Counted from the whole stretch's first letter, positions 1-10,981 are shown. The stretch is DNA of 63,811 nucleotides, filler included, from 14 parts of 14 records of this genome joined end to end with filler, not necessarily neighbours in it, one strand, 5' to 3'. Notes: generated from the letters alone by a model not told the origin. Numbers and translations: made by a program.

Positions 1-30
1 AGCAAGCGAGCAAGCGAGCAAGCGAGCAAG
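1..30. repeat. Tandem repeat (AGCAAGCG)n at window start
   Basis: About 3.7 copies of the 8-mer are directly visible. Confidence 0.9.
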
Positions 31-166
31 TGGGCGAGCGCGCGAGCGCGCGTCTGTGCTTGATGCTGCGCAGGGCTGCGCGGGGCCCTGCGTCCGCCGA
101 GGGGCTTTTGCGCGTCCTCACCTGAGCGCACCCAGTGCACTGACTATGCGTCCGCCGCGTCCGCAG

Positions 167-1314
167 GGCAAGACTGTGCGAGTGTCGATGAAGAACGGTG
201 TCGTGTTCGAGGGCGTTTTCCACACCGCCAACGTCCAAGCGAAGACCGAGGCCGAGTTCGGTGTCGCGCTAGCGTTTGCGCGAAAGGTCGAGGACCCGAA
301 AGCCAGCAAGAAAGACCGCACCATCCACAACATGCTTGTCATCAACGCGGCGGACTTCATAGAGATTGAGGCACGCGACCTACCGATGGCGACAGGTAAA
401 TCTGGTGCTCTCGGTGGCTTCACCGACACGGAGATTAGCGGGTCCAGGGTCAAGCACGGCGAGGAACGGGAGCTCACAAAATGGGAGGGCGGCGACGACA
501 GCCCTTCGCTGTCCCTGGACGCGCCTGGCACCGAGTGGGATCAGTTTGCGACGAACGAGAAAAAGTTCGGTGTTACTACCACATACAACGAGCGGATGTA
601 CACTACCGATCTCAACAAGTCGACGCTGACGCCGGCACAGATCGCGCACGCGGAGAAGATGGCGAGGGAGATTGAGGGCGATACATCTATGAACGACAAT
701 ATCCACGTGCGCGAGGACCGAGGCCAGGAGACAGAGAAGGACAAAGGGATGGACGAGGAGGATCGCCACAGCAGCGTGCTGACGAAGGACCTGAACCAGC
801 GTCACGACAGCGGCGCAGGCAAGAAGGAGCCAGCTAAGAAGCCATTCAAGCTCAACGCTAATGCCCAAACCTTCCAATTCAACCCAGGCGCAACTGCCTT
901 CCAGCCCGGCGGCACCTCTTTTCAGGCGCGTGAACCTGCCGCCTTACCGTCTTGCTGTATGCGCTGCACGCACTGACCGTGCCCTTTGTTTCTCCGCAGC
1001 CGGCGCAGCCGACAATGCCTGGGCAGATGCCCTTCGGCGGTCCAATGGGCAACCCGTACCTCAATCCGCAAATGGGCTTTCAGCCGGGCTTTCAGCCGGG
1101 CAGTTACCCTGGCAATACGCGGCCGATGGGCATGCCGGCAGCCGGCTACCCAATGCAGGGATTCGCGCAACCTGGCATGCAGATGATGCGGCCGGCGATG
1201 CCTCAGGCGCCGTATGGCCAGATGCAGCCCGCCATGGGCATGCCGCCAGGCGCGGGAGGTGTGATGCAGCCGCAGCCAGGCGCGCCGGCACCGGCGCCGC
1301 AGGGCCAAGGCTAA
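167..1314 (+). CDS. ATXN2: Ataxin-2/Pbp1 homolog (LSm + LsmAD + PAM2 + P/Q/M/G-rich tail), 5' partial
   Basis: LSm GKTVRVSMKNGVVFEGVF, FTDTEIS, LsmAD WDQFATNEKKFGVTTTYNERMYTTDL...HVREDRG and PAM2 KLNANAQTFQFNPGATAFQP. Exons 167-925 and 1000-1314; upstream acceptor ccgcag at 161-166. Confidence 0.9.
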
Positions 1315-1803
1315 CCGCGCACTCGGTATTGTAGATCGAATAGTGGGATGAGAATAGAGGGACAGACGGGGCCGAGGGTCCGACCCGTGCTTGGAAAGGC
1401 AGCGATCGGCGGCTATTGGACGATGGGCGTTGGGCGTTGGGCAGAAGGTAGATGAGTTTCGGCAGGAAGGGCGACGGGGAGCTCGAGCGAGAACAACAAG
1501 AAGCCAAGCGCTATCAATACGACGCTACGAGTAGCGAACGGTGGGTGATGACAGCTGTAGGCACAGCACCGAGGAGTGTGGCGTGCAGAGCAGAGATGAG
1601 GAGGCCGTTAGGATCTAGTACTGACGGTAGTGTGACACCGCCGGCTAGCGGCCAGTGGTTTGTGTTGTAGCAGCCGTGTGTTGCAAAATGGACCATCCGA
1701 ATCTCACTCTGACTTTGTCTTTGTCGCACTCACTCTCCACACCGGAAACGCTTCACAAGGAGGCAGCATACTGAGTAGTCAACTTGAGTCACCCACAATT
1801 GTG

Positions 1804-2994
1804 TCAAAGCTTCGCCGCTGCTGCGGTGTCCCCCAGTTTCTGTTTTTCAGCGACTACCTCAGCGATCCCCGGCCACTCTGACCACATGTCCCTCAATGCT
1901 GCTGGGTGGATCCGCTCGTGACCTGGCGGGCGACGGGGCTGGGTGATGCGAAAGTAGACCATACACCGGGGATCAGGGCCATCGACACGCGTGGAGGAGT
2001 GTAGTGTGTGATACAGCACAAGCACAGCGTCGCCTGGCTTGCACTTCACCAATGTCGGGCGTGGCCAGCAATGCCCCTGCAAGTGTGCCACACGACACCC
2101 AGAAGCCAAATGAACTAAACCGCAGCTCAATCCAAACAACTCGACGCAACTTTCTGTCTGGCTCACGTCTTCTGTTGTGGCGACACCTTCTCGGTCGCAG
2201 GCCTTGTCCCTCACCTCGGGCGGATAATGGCAGAGGCCATGACCATTGCGGGCGTTCAGGTACTCACGTGGCCAATCGGGTCCATCTGGCCCCATGGGAC
2301 CTCCATGGGAGTGCTGTTTGCAGAGAAATTCCTGCATGTCATGATGCGAGCCCCGCATCAGACCGACATTCCCCGAACCTTCTTCGCTCATGTCACTTAA
2401 TGGAATCCCGACCAACACCGTAAAGTTCGTCATGCAGCAGTCCTCCCCGTGGCCAAGCTCCGCTGGGTAGCAGCGTGTGCCTCCATTTGTGGACGGATCA
2501 CTGTACCACGCCGACAGATCCTCCGTAGAGAGGTCCGCGCTCTGCGGAATTTTGATGCCCCCGTTCCAGACGCCATCGACGTGCCCACCCCAGCCGTACC
2601 ACGGTGTTTCGTCGTCACGCCAGCCAGTTTCGTTGATTCCGCTTCCAGCGTCGGTCGGGAAGTTGAAGGCCATTTGTCCACCCGATGGGGACACGAGGGG
2701 CGCGCCGAGCGCCTGCTCCAGGATTGGCTGCACGCTGCCAAACAAACTGCATACCTCGGGCGAGGACCCTACTGTTCGCATGGCGTCCACCGCATCCTCG
2801 AGCCCTCCCGTTCCAGTGAGCCCAGCCGGCCGCGCTGGCGAGTACCCCATCGCACCACCATGCAGCTCGCCGAGCTTCATGATCAGCTTGCGTCGCGCAG
2901 GCTTCCACACGCTCTCGGGCACGATCCCCTTCAGGACAACGAAGCCGTCATCGTACAGCGCCTCGATGGACTGCCTGTCCAGCGCTAAAGCCAT
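1804..2994 (-). CDS. Phytanoyl-CoA dioxygenase (PhyH)-like Fe(II)/2OG dioxygenase
   Basis: N-terminal YDDGFVVLKG, HxD motif (GHVDG) and distal His (KPGDAVLVLYHTLHS). Probable in-frame intron 2077-2166 (gtgagc...ttgcag). Protein ends in AKL. Confidence 0.8.
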   Translation of the reverse strand: MALALDRQSIEALYDDGFVVLKGIVPESVWKPARRKLIMKLGELHGGAMGYSPARPAGLTGTGGLEDAVDAMRTVGSSPEVCSLFGSVQPILEQALGAPLVSPSGGQMAFNFPTDAGSGINETGWRDDETPWYGWGGHVDGVWNGGIKIPQSADLSTEDLSAWYSDPSTNGGTRCYPAELGHGEDCCMTNFTVLVGIPLSDMSEEGSGNVGLMRGSHHDMQEFLCKQHSHGGPMGPDGPDWPREYLNARNGHGLCHYPPEVRDKACDREGVATTEDVSQTESCVELFGLSCGLVHLASGCRVAHLQGHCWPRPTLVKCKPGDAVLVLYHTLHSSTRVDGPDPRCMVYFRITQPRRPPGHERIHPAALRDMWSEWPGIAEVVAEKQKLGDTAAAAKL

Positions 2995-3183
2995 CCCAAG
3001 GGCAGCCACACAGCCTGTGCTGCTGTGAACGAACAATGCCAGTCGGTGGCCAGCACGACGGAGCGATGCCAGTGAGGGAGCGCGCGAGCATGTAGCGCGC
3101 GGCCGCGCGGGAGCAAGATCGCGTATCACGGTATCAGGCGGCGCGCGCGGGGTCATCACAATGTGATTCTGAGGTCGGGGTGC

Positions 3184-3283
3184 NNNNNNNNNNNNNNNNN
3201 NNNNNNNNNNNNNNNNNNNNNNNNNNNTTAATTAATTAANNNNNNNNNNNNNNNNNNNNNNNNNNNNNNNNNNNNNNNNNNNN
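3184..3283. other. Artificial contig linker
   Basis: N44-TTAATTAATTAA-N44, giving stops in all six frames. Confidence 0.99.
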
Positions 3284-3590
3284 ACAGACAGACGGTGAGA
3301 CGGAGCTGGCGGCCACTCACCCAGGCTACAGCCCGCTCATTCTCCGCCGCCCCCACCAGCGCCCCCAGCCCCAGGGCTACACCATCCCACCACTCATTTC
3401 CATGAGAAAGAAGAAACAGGGCGACCTCTTTTCATCAATCCACAGGCGGGGGCCCGGACCAGTCTAATATCAATACTGGTACGCGAAGAAAAACAGCGGC
3501 TCCGGGCGGTCCGCGGCGGCCGCTGGATTACCTAGCTAGTGAGTTCTACGTACTGCACTGCAAAAGGAACCCTGTGATTCAGGGCGTCGC

Positions 3591-3623
3591 CATGTACATA
3601 GGACATGTACATAGGACATGTAC
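3591..3623. repeat. 13-bp tandem repeat (CATGTACATAGGA), about 2.5 copies
   Basis: catgtacatagga catgtacatagga catgtac. Confidence 0.85.
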
Positions 3624-3991
3624 TATTGATAGATCTAGTAGAGTACTGAGAATCGACCTGGAACGTGGAAGAGGCGGGATTTGCCAGTACAGACTGAGTC
3701 CAAGCGCCGGACTCTATTTTGATTTTACACAGAGGGGCGCAACCTACTGTTCATGACGAGTTCGTGAGCGGTGACCAGTCGTCTCCAATTTTCAACGCCC
3801 GGACCGTCTCGCGCACCGCGCGTGTGCGTCCGCGCGCCATCCGAACCGGCGGCGCAAATTCATCCCGGCAGTACGGAATTCGAGTACTCAGAGTTCAATC
3901 CACGAGTGATTGCACCAAGGCGCTGAAGTGAAGTTCTTCAAACAGTACTGAATTCCAGGACTGCCACAAACCTGGCAGTTTTGGCGTGAAA

Positions 3992-4732
3992 ATGGCGGCC
4001 ATGGCTGCGTCAATGGCCCCGCGGGAGAGGCGCTCCTTCAAGGGGATGCCACCCTGGCTGACGGACGTGCCACTGGACGAGAGAGCGGGTTCGGATGATC
4101 TCCTACTAGGGAGCCCACTGTTCGGGGAGGAGCCGCGGCTCGGCGCGCACGCCGGGTCGTCACGAGAGGAGAGAGAGGAGAGCATGCTGGAGAGGCTGGC
4201 GTCAACGTTTACGTCGCTGCTGGTGGCCGAGCCAGACAGCAACAATCGCATCGGATGCCACAACGAGGTGGTGGCCAAGGAATACCCGACGCGCTGTGCA
4301 TACGAGAAGCCATCCCGACCAGCAGTTCTCTCGCCTCCGCCGCAGGTGCGAGACCCGCCGAGAGCCACGTGGAGAGTGCTGCCGAGCGCACCCGAAGGCT
4401 GTCCAGTCGCCGGGCAGCCAATACCACCCCAACACAGCTGCGCGTGGTGCCACACATGCGAACACCCTGGACCTGGGGTATATCTTCACCTCGAGAACTC
4501 TGCGAGGTCAGATGCTGACTCCTCTGAGCTGCGGGAGGACAACTTGAGACTGCGTAAGGAGCTGCGCGAAGCCAGAACAGTGGCCGAGAGAGCAGCACAG
4601 CATGTGAAACAGCTGAAGCGGCAGCTTGAAGGGGAAGAGTGTGCTCGCAGGCAGATGGAGTCGGTGATCAGACGACTGAAGCACCGAGAGGCCAGCTTAG
4701 AGCGGCGGCTGCGATTGCACGAGGGATACTGA
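3992..4732 (+). CDS. Hypothetical protein with C-terminal coiled coil
   Basis: ATG in aaaATGG context and a heptad-rich E/R/L C-terminus. No family recognised; introns possible. Confidence 0.6.
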   Translation: MAAMAASMAPRERRSFKGMPPWLTDVPLDERAGSDDLLLGSPLFGEEPRLGAHAGSSREEREESMLERLASTFTSLLVAEPDSNNRIGCHNEVVAKEYPTRCAYEKPSRPAVLSPPPQVRDPPRATWRVLPSAPEGCPVAGQPIPPQHSCAWCHTCEHPGPGVYLHLENSARSDADSSELREDNLRLRKELREARTVAERAAQHVKQLKRQLEGEECARRQMESVIRRLKHREASLERRLRLHEGY

Positions 4733-4927
4733 CAGTATGGCGACAAGCATGGGTTGCTATATCGCGCCGCGCGCGTGTATGGACTAGTGGCCACAAGATG
4801 GAATGGCCATTTCATTTTTTGTGCGGAGCTCCTGCCAACCCGCCCACCCACTGGTGAAGCCCAGTACACAGCCCCTGTGCCCTGTGTGGTGGCGGCAGCG
4901 GGGGCGGCGGCTTCCCAATTGCCGGGA

Positions 4928-7246
4928 CTAGATGCTCTCGCCTGAGTCGATGGACATCGTAAGCTCGATCTCCATTCCCTCTTCCGCTCCCTGTAGTGGG
5001 AGTTGCACCGACACGACAGCGTCCTCCTCATCGCCTTGCCACACGGAGGCAAATTCCCGCGCGAGGTCGAGGTCGAGTTCACCGAGAATATCACCTCCAT
5101 CGTCGAGCACGAGCTTCACGTGGGCAATCGATCGGCTCTTCTTGTTGCCGCCGTTGCTGTTGGGTTGAGGGCTGCGCACATAGAGCTCCAGGGTGTCCTG
5201 CGCCTCATCTCCCCAGTATGCCATCCCGTCCTCGCCAGAAGTCACAGCCCGGGTACTCTGTGGCTCACCTGATCCACTAGATATTTCCACTCGTACGTCT
5301 GCAACCACCTTCGTGTTCACCTCGACGACGGTAAAATTGACTTCGACATACTCAGCCGTCTCATCTGCGTCCTCATCCTCCAGCTCACGCTCATCATCTG
5401 CAACCATCGAGTAGCCCTGCCCAATTCCGGTCTCCGTGCGGGCGGCAGCAGCCTCGTTAGGCATGGCCTGCTCGAGCGCTGCGAAGCCGGCAATCTCGAA
5501 CACTCGCTCCACGCCTGTGCCGTCCGACGCTGATACTCCATCTACGAAAGCACAGCAGCCGTATGATTCTGCGGCATTGTCCCCGGCTTCATGCGACACT
5601 ACCGCGCTGTCAGCGTCGCCATTCAGCGCCACAAGCACTGCCGGGCAGCGATCACGTCCAGGGGCCAGGCTACGGAGCTCCTCGATCCAGGTCCCGACCG
5701 CCTCAAAACTCTCTGGTGCGGTTGCATCGTACACGACAACGCCACACGCAGCCTTCTTGTAGTAGGCAGAAGTGACAGCCCCATACGTGTCTGCACCCGA
5801 CCGATCCCAGACCACCACATTCAAGAGTCGATTCATGGTGGTTACAGTCCGCTTACTGTGACTCATACCAACTGTTGGGGTGTAGTCGGCGGTGCTGGAC
5901 TTGTCTCTGGGATTTAAGAACCGACTGAGCAAAGCCGTCTTGCCGCAGCCTGAGTGTCCAATAAGCACCAGCTTCAGCTCCTTGGACACCTGCGTCAAAG
6001 GAGCGTCGGCTGATCCATCACCACTGCCCAAGCGCGCCGGGCTCTCTGACTCGGACCTTTCAAGAAACGAAAGAAGCTCCGCGTCGCTGTCGTCGCTCGC
6101 TTCCTCCTTGGCTTCACCCTCTTGTGGCTGTAGGTCGATTTCGAAAGTGTCTCCAGCTTGAAGACCCTCGGGAACCTCGACCTCGACCTCTCGACCGTCT
6201 GGCAGCTCGATGCTGATCATATCACCAGAGCCTACACCATCGGGTACTGTAACGATAGTGGGCTCTGCACCCGTCTGCTCAGACTGGCCTTCTTCCTCAT
6301 CTGGTGGGTCTCCAACCTGTACCAGATCACCTGGCCCGACACCTTCAGGAATGATGAGTTCAATTTCTCTGCCGAGCGGTGTTGTAACGTACAGCAGCTG
6401 CCCTGGCTCTACACCTTCAGGGCACGTGACCTGGAAGCTTTCTTCTTCGCACTCCTCTTCCTGTGCAGCCTCGTCGTTCTCGCCCTCCGCAGCGAGAGAT
6501 CGCCTGTCTGGCACAATTTGAACGAAATCATCTGTGCCACTGCTTAGCGATACAGAGTACGTCAAGGTGCTACCGGCTAGCACAGCAAACTCCTCGAGCA
6601 GCTGCGAATCTTCCGGCCCGAACCCATTGCTGTCTTGCAGCTTGTTGATCGCCTGCAACACACCTACGATGGCGCCGGTTTCATCGCGAATTGCAGTGGC
6701 CATCAGCTGCATTGTTCTGTACCCGGTCTGCGAATCGACAGCTGGGTCGAATCTTGGGTCGTTGTAGGTGTCATTGATGACCAGATGCTCACCTGTTGCA
6801 GCGCTAATTCCTGCAATGCCCATCGTGCGTGGGATGCGGATATTCCGAGCGTCATCCTCCCGGCTCCCATGGATGACTAGCTCGTCAGTCTTTTGATCGA
6901 TCAGGAAGATTGAAGCGCGATCGCAGTTCATGACAGAACATATCTGCTCCACTAACCGTTCTTGGGCATCTTGCCTACCAAGTGCAAACCGGACGGCAGA
7001 TAGTGTCTCCGTCTTAAGTCGGTCGCCTATCGAGGGAGGGGTCAACATGTCTGCATCGAGCTCGGAATTGGAACTCCAGTTGCGATCGCGTGCGCCAGGA
7101 GGGGTGTGCTCTGACTGTGACTCGGCCTCGTCGTCATCATCTGACGAGTCCATACCGGTAAGTGCGTCGAGTTCTTTCTGTAGTTTGGCTTCCTCTGCTT
7201 CTCTGCGAGCAGCTGCCTCTTCTTGCTCGCGCGAAGCTTGCGCGGC
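4928..7246 (-). CDS. GAF + tandem VPEG-type beta repeats + Rab-like GTPase + NT-C2-like protein, 5' partial
   Basis: GAF (CDRASIFLID...GIAG...NDTYNDPRFDPAVDSQTGYRT...GVLQAINK), P-loop GHSGCGKT, YTPTVG, WDRSG, and C-terminal ILGELDLDLA. The frame is open to the contig edge. Confidence 0.85.
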   Translation of the reverse strand, partial: AAQASREQEEAAARREAEEAKLQKELDALTGMDSSDDDDEAESQSEHTPPGARDRNWSSNSELDADMLTPPSIGDRLKTETLSAVRFALGRQDAQERLVEQICSVMNCDRASIFLIDQKTDELVIHGSREDDARNIRIPRTMGIAGISAATGEHLVINDTYNDPRFDPAVDSQTGYRTMQLMATAIRDETGAIVGVLQAINKLQDSNGFGPEDSQLLEEFAVLAGSTLTYSVSLSSGTDDFVQIVPDRRSLAAEGENDEAAQEEECEEESFQVTCPEGVEPGQLLYVTTPLGREIELIIPEGVGPGDLVQVGDPPDEEEGQSEQTGAEPTIVTVPDGVGSGDMISIELPDGREVEVEVPEGLQAGDTFEIDLQPQEGEAKEEASDDSDAELLSFLERSESESPARLGSGDGSADAPLTQVSKELKLVLIGHSGCGKTALLSRFLNPRDKSSTADYTPTVGMSHSKRTVTTMNRLLNVVVWDRSGADTYGAVTSAYYKKAACGVVVYDATAPESFEAVGTWIEELRSLAPGRDRCPAVLVALNGDADSAVVSHEAGDNAAESYGCCAFVDGVSASDGTGVERVFEIAGFAALEQAMPNEAAAARTETGIGQGYSMVADDERELEDEDADETAEYVEVNFTVVEVNTKVVADVRVEISSGSGEPQSTRAVTSGEDGMAYWGDEAQDTLELYVRSPQPNSNGGNKKSRSIAHVKLVLDDGGDILGELDLDLAREFASVWQGDEEDAVVSVQLPLQGAEEGMEIELTMSIDSGESI

Positions 7247-7346
7247 NNNNNNNNNNNNNNNNNNNNNNNNNNNNNNNNNNNNNNNNNNNNTTAATTAATT
7301 AANNNNNNNNNNNNNNNNNNNNNNNNNNNNNNNNNNNNNNNNNNNN
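7247..7346. other. Artificial contig linker
   Basis: N44-TTAATTAATTAA-N44. Confidence 0.99.
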
Positions 7347-7425
7347 CAGTGAGTTTTACGTACTCCACACGATTCCGACCCAGCCTGTGACCGCGCTGCA
7401 GCAGGACGTCGGCCCTGAGGAGGCC

Positions 7426-8745
7426 ATGGAGGCGCTGAAGGCGGAGATCGAGCGGAAGCGGAAGACGCATACGAAGCTGCGGCCTGATACTGGTGGGAAG
7501 GTAAGGCGCTATCTTTGTGCTGGGCGGCCAGCGGAGCGGAGCAGAGCAGAGCAGAGCGCCGCCCTGACTGCTGCATCGATCGTGCCGTCGCAGAAGTACT
7601 TCAAGCGGGGTGACCTGGAGGCGAGGCGTAAGGCGGATTACTTCGCGTCGCAGCGTGACGCGGCGCGGGGCGGGCAGAATCAGACAGCGGAGAGCGCGTC
7701 GGCAGCTAGTAAAGCGACGAGTGCGGAAGCGGCGACGGTGGCGCCAGCGGCGCAAGCGCCAGCGGCGCAAGCGCCAGCGGCGGCCGCAGCAGCGAGCACC
7801 GAGGGCGACGGTGATGGGGCATCGTCGTCGACTGCAGCTGTGGCAGGACACATGCAGCCGGCAGAGGTAAAGAAGCGGCTGCGGCAGCTCGGTGAGGTGG
7901 TAACCTTCTTCGGGGAGGGGGACGATTCGCGCGAGGCGCGCCTGCGTAAGATCCAGACGACACTCGGTGACGAGGGGACTGAGGGGCGGATTAATCTGGT
8001 GCAGCAGATCCTGAAGCAGCAAGAGGCACAAGGTGCTAGCCTACTAGGGGCACCTGGCAGCCTCCTGACTGATGAAGAAGCAAAGGCGCAAAAGGAGAAG
8101 GACGCGGCCAAGATGCCCGCACCGGTGCTGCATCGCAAGATGAGCTCGGAGCGGTCGATCTTGAGCTTCATTGAGCGGCTGCTGAAGGAGTACGGAGAGG
8201 AGATGGAGAAGCGACCAGCCGACAGTAAGAAAAGCAGCCAGGGCAAGCAGGACTACGCTTATTATGGTGAGGCATCGATCAACATCAAGCCGCTGCTTGA
8301 CTTATTGAAGAAGGAGCAGCTGGAGAAGGATATTGTCGCGCACCTGGAAATCATCATGCAGTGCATGCTCATGCGCGACTATGTGAAGGCCATGGAGCAG
8401 TACGTTGTTCTCACCATCGGCAACGCCCCCTGGCCGATGGGTGTGACGTCTGTCGGCATTCACGAGCGCGCGGGCCGCGAAAAGATTTTCGAGCAGAAGA
8501 CAGCCCACATCTTGAACGACGAGCAGAAGCGCAAGTACATCCACGCCTTCAAGCGGTTAATGATGTTCTGCCAGGCGCAATACCCTACGGATCCAAGCCG
8601 AACGTACGACCCGGGCGCAGTGAAGAACACCACTATCTTTACGGAACAAAAAGTTCAATCCGGTCTCAGCGAAGAGAGACCGGAAAATGTCCACGTCGCA
8701 TACGATTCAAAGGGTGCGCAGCTCAACTTTCTTCTCTGTGCGTAG
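7426..8745 (+). CDS. PRP18: Pre-mRNA splicing factor 18
   Basis: KYFKRGDLE, PRP4-like motif EVKKRLRQLGEVVTFFGE, and Prp18 signature IGNAPWPMGVTSVGIHERAGREKI...AHILNDE...KRLM..CQ..YPTDPS. In-frame intron 7501-7593. Confidence 0.95.
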   Translation: MEALKAEIERKRKTHTKLRPDTGGKVRRYLCAGRPAERSRAEQSAALTAASIVPSQKYFKRGDLEARRKADYFASQRDAARGGQNQTAESASAASKATSAEAATVAPAAQAPAAQAPAAAAAASTEGDGDGASSSTAAVAGHMQPAEVKKRLRQLGEVVTFFGEGDDSREARLRKIQTTLGDEGTEGRINLVQQILKQQEAQGASLLGAPGSLLTDEEAKAQKEKDAAKMPAPVLHRKMSSERSILSFIERLLKEYGEEMEKRPADSKKSSQGKQDYAYYGEASINIKPLLDLLKKEQLEKDIVAHLEIIMQCMLMRDYVKAMEQYVVLTIGNAPWPMGVTSVGIHERAGREKIFEQKTAHILNDEQKRKYIHAFKRLMMFCQAQYPTDPSRTYDPGAVKNTTIFTEQKVQSGLSEERPENVHVAYDSKGAQLNFLLCA

Positions 8746-9105
8746 CCTTTCGGCCTGTGCAGTGACGTGCCATTTGATCCACTTGTGCATTGCTTAGGAT
8801 TGGCGCCACCGACCAACATTTGGATCCAGAAAGCTCCGCACCCGCACGTCGCTGCGTACCAAAGAGGCGGAGGTTGGGGAGGCGTCGACCGATAATGTAG
8901 CCTACAGTTAACCATCCGAGTGACACAGCTTCCTTGCCTACACCCATTGAGTAGCCACCAAGCAACACACTGCAGCCACACTGTTCATAGATCTGGAATC
9001 GGTGCCTGACGAGCATTATGTTGCAAGACCGCGGAAGACTTAGTAAAATGGAATTGCATTGGGCCAACGCCCGGGTCACTCTTGCTGCACCGTCGTTCCC
9101 GCTAA

Positions 9106-10817
9106 TCACGACTTGCCCTGGATGGTGTCGTTGATGGTTTTGTTGGCCTCGGTCGCTGCAGCATACTGCTTGCTGAAGGTAGAAAGGGTGCGCAGCACCC
9201 AAGCTGCATTATCCGACTCCTCACCGAACATCCGTGCCAAACTCGCGAGCGCCGCTGTGTTTCAGCACCAGCGGCAGGCACACACAATCGCGTATGTCGT
9301 AACTTGGCTGCCACCAACGACAAACATCTGGAAAACTAACGAAGCAGCTACGCGTGGGGTTCGCCGAGCACTGCACTACAGTATTAAAGGTGGTACGGAC
9401 CGTCCATGGCTACTTTGCGTGCGTGTAGTGCAGCAGCCTTCTCTTTCATCTCGGCCTCGAAAGCACTCAATCTGACAACAAATGGTGACCTAGCGACGGC
9501 GCACTCTCCCGAAGACAACTCTTCGGCCAAACCCTCCGCCCCCCCCAGCTGCATCTTTTGCTGCAGCGATTGCAGCGGCCGTCTCGCCGTCCTGACATTG
9601 CCGGATAGTAGGTAAGTTGGATCAATACACACAGTGAACCTAACCGTGGTGCAAAGCAGTCAAAAGTGATGCCGACGATTGCACAAGTACGCACGGTAAT
9701 GAGCCCCAATTGCTTCTCTAGCTCAACGACCCCTTCACTGATCCGCTCCATGTCCAGCTTGATCGATGATAGGTCAACACTGCATGCCTCTTCGAGGGAG
9801 CCAACTTCGCTGGTCCAAGCGTCGGTCTTCGGTGCGTGCTCCGAAATCTGCAGCTGCATCAGCTGCAAAAACGTGATGATTTTCTTCATCTTCGGGTGCC
9901 CCCGCGTGGTTGTCTTTTGCAGCTCCAGAAGAAAGTCTAGCTTCACACCACGCGCGTTCTTCCGGTGCGAGGCAAGCGTGCCTGAGTTGAGATAATTCCC
10001 AGCGGAAAGGATGTAGCGCATCAGCACCGGCAATGAAGCCGACTCTTGCACCTCCGTGCATGCGGTAATCGCGACCTCCATGCTGGTCTCACAGTGTGTG
10101 CTCCACTCATCAAAGTGCTGCTGCAGATGCAAGCAGCGCAACCGTCCCTCGAGACCATCGATCTTGCTGAGTTCGAAAAGATACCTCTCCGCACGGTCGA
10201 GTTTATCCAGCCCCACCTTGAGAAGATCGTCGCTGCTGCTGTCGAGTGAGGCAGCATACTCTCGGCAGCTGACGAGCTCTGACTTCGCGATTGGACACAG
10301 CGTCATCAAACGTTCGACTACCTCTGGAGTCAGTACGGTGGTGTCCGCGACCTCAAGCGCTTCGCGCAGCTGAGCAGCGCTCGACTTGATACTGCTCGCG
10401 ATGATCGAGATGTTTTGCGAGCGCTTTGGATCGAGGAATTTCACCTTCTCGTCAGCCTTTTTTCCGTCGGCCTTGTTTGCCGCTGAGGCCACATCGCCAA
10501 GCTTTTTCTCTTGCTCCTTGATCTTCGGAAAGTCGGTGAAGAAGTGGTCCAGAAGCTCAGTGTCGAGCTTGATTGACTCAGCGCTCTCCGGAATGTCCTG
10601 AGTCCAGATCGACTTCCCCAGCTTCCGCATTGGCAGCTTGTTCCAGTTCACACCCTTCATCGGCTTCGATGCCACCGGCCCAGCGACAAACGGCGCCCGG
10701 AGCATCCCCTGCCCCGGTGGCGGCGGGGGCCCTTTCCCACCCATGCCCGGTGGCGGCGGCGGCGGCGGTCCCTTCCCAGCCATCCCAGGCGGTGGTGGCG
10801 GCGGCGGTCCTCCTTGC
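9106..10817 (-). CDS. Formin (FH1 poly-Pro + FH2), 5' partial
   Basis: Poly-Pro FH1, then MKGVNWNKL, FLDPKRSQNISI, ILSAGNYLN and GVKLDFL. Last exon 9106-9254 (LARMFGEE...FSKQY) follows intron 9255-9400. A further intron starts at 9694 with an ambiguous acceptor. Confidence 0.92.
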
Positions 10818-10954
10818 CTGCGGTACGAGCGGACGGCACGCAGGCTGTCAGCTTGCGTCATCCCCCACTATGCATGGTATTCTAATGGAGATCTCCACAC
10901 TGTCTATCTCTAGCGGGAGAAAGCGCATTAAACAAACATGGTGAGACAAGAAGG

Positions 10955-10981
10955 CAGACAGACAGACAGACAGACAGACAG
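10955..10981. repeat. (CAGA)n microsatellite at contig end
   Basis: About 6.5 copies of cagacagacaga. Confidence 0.9.
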
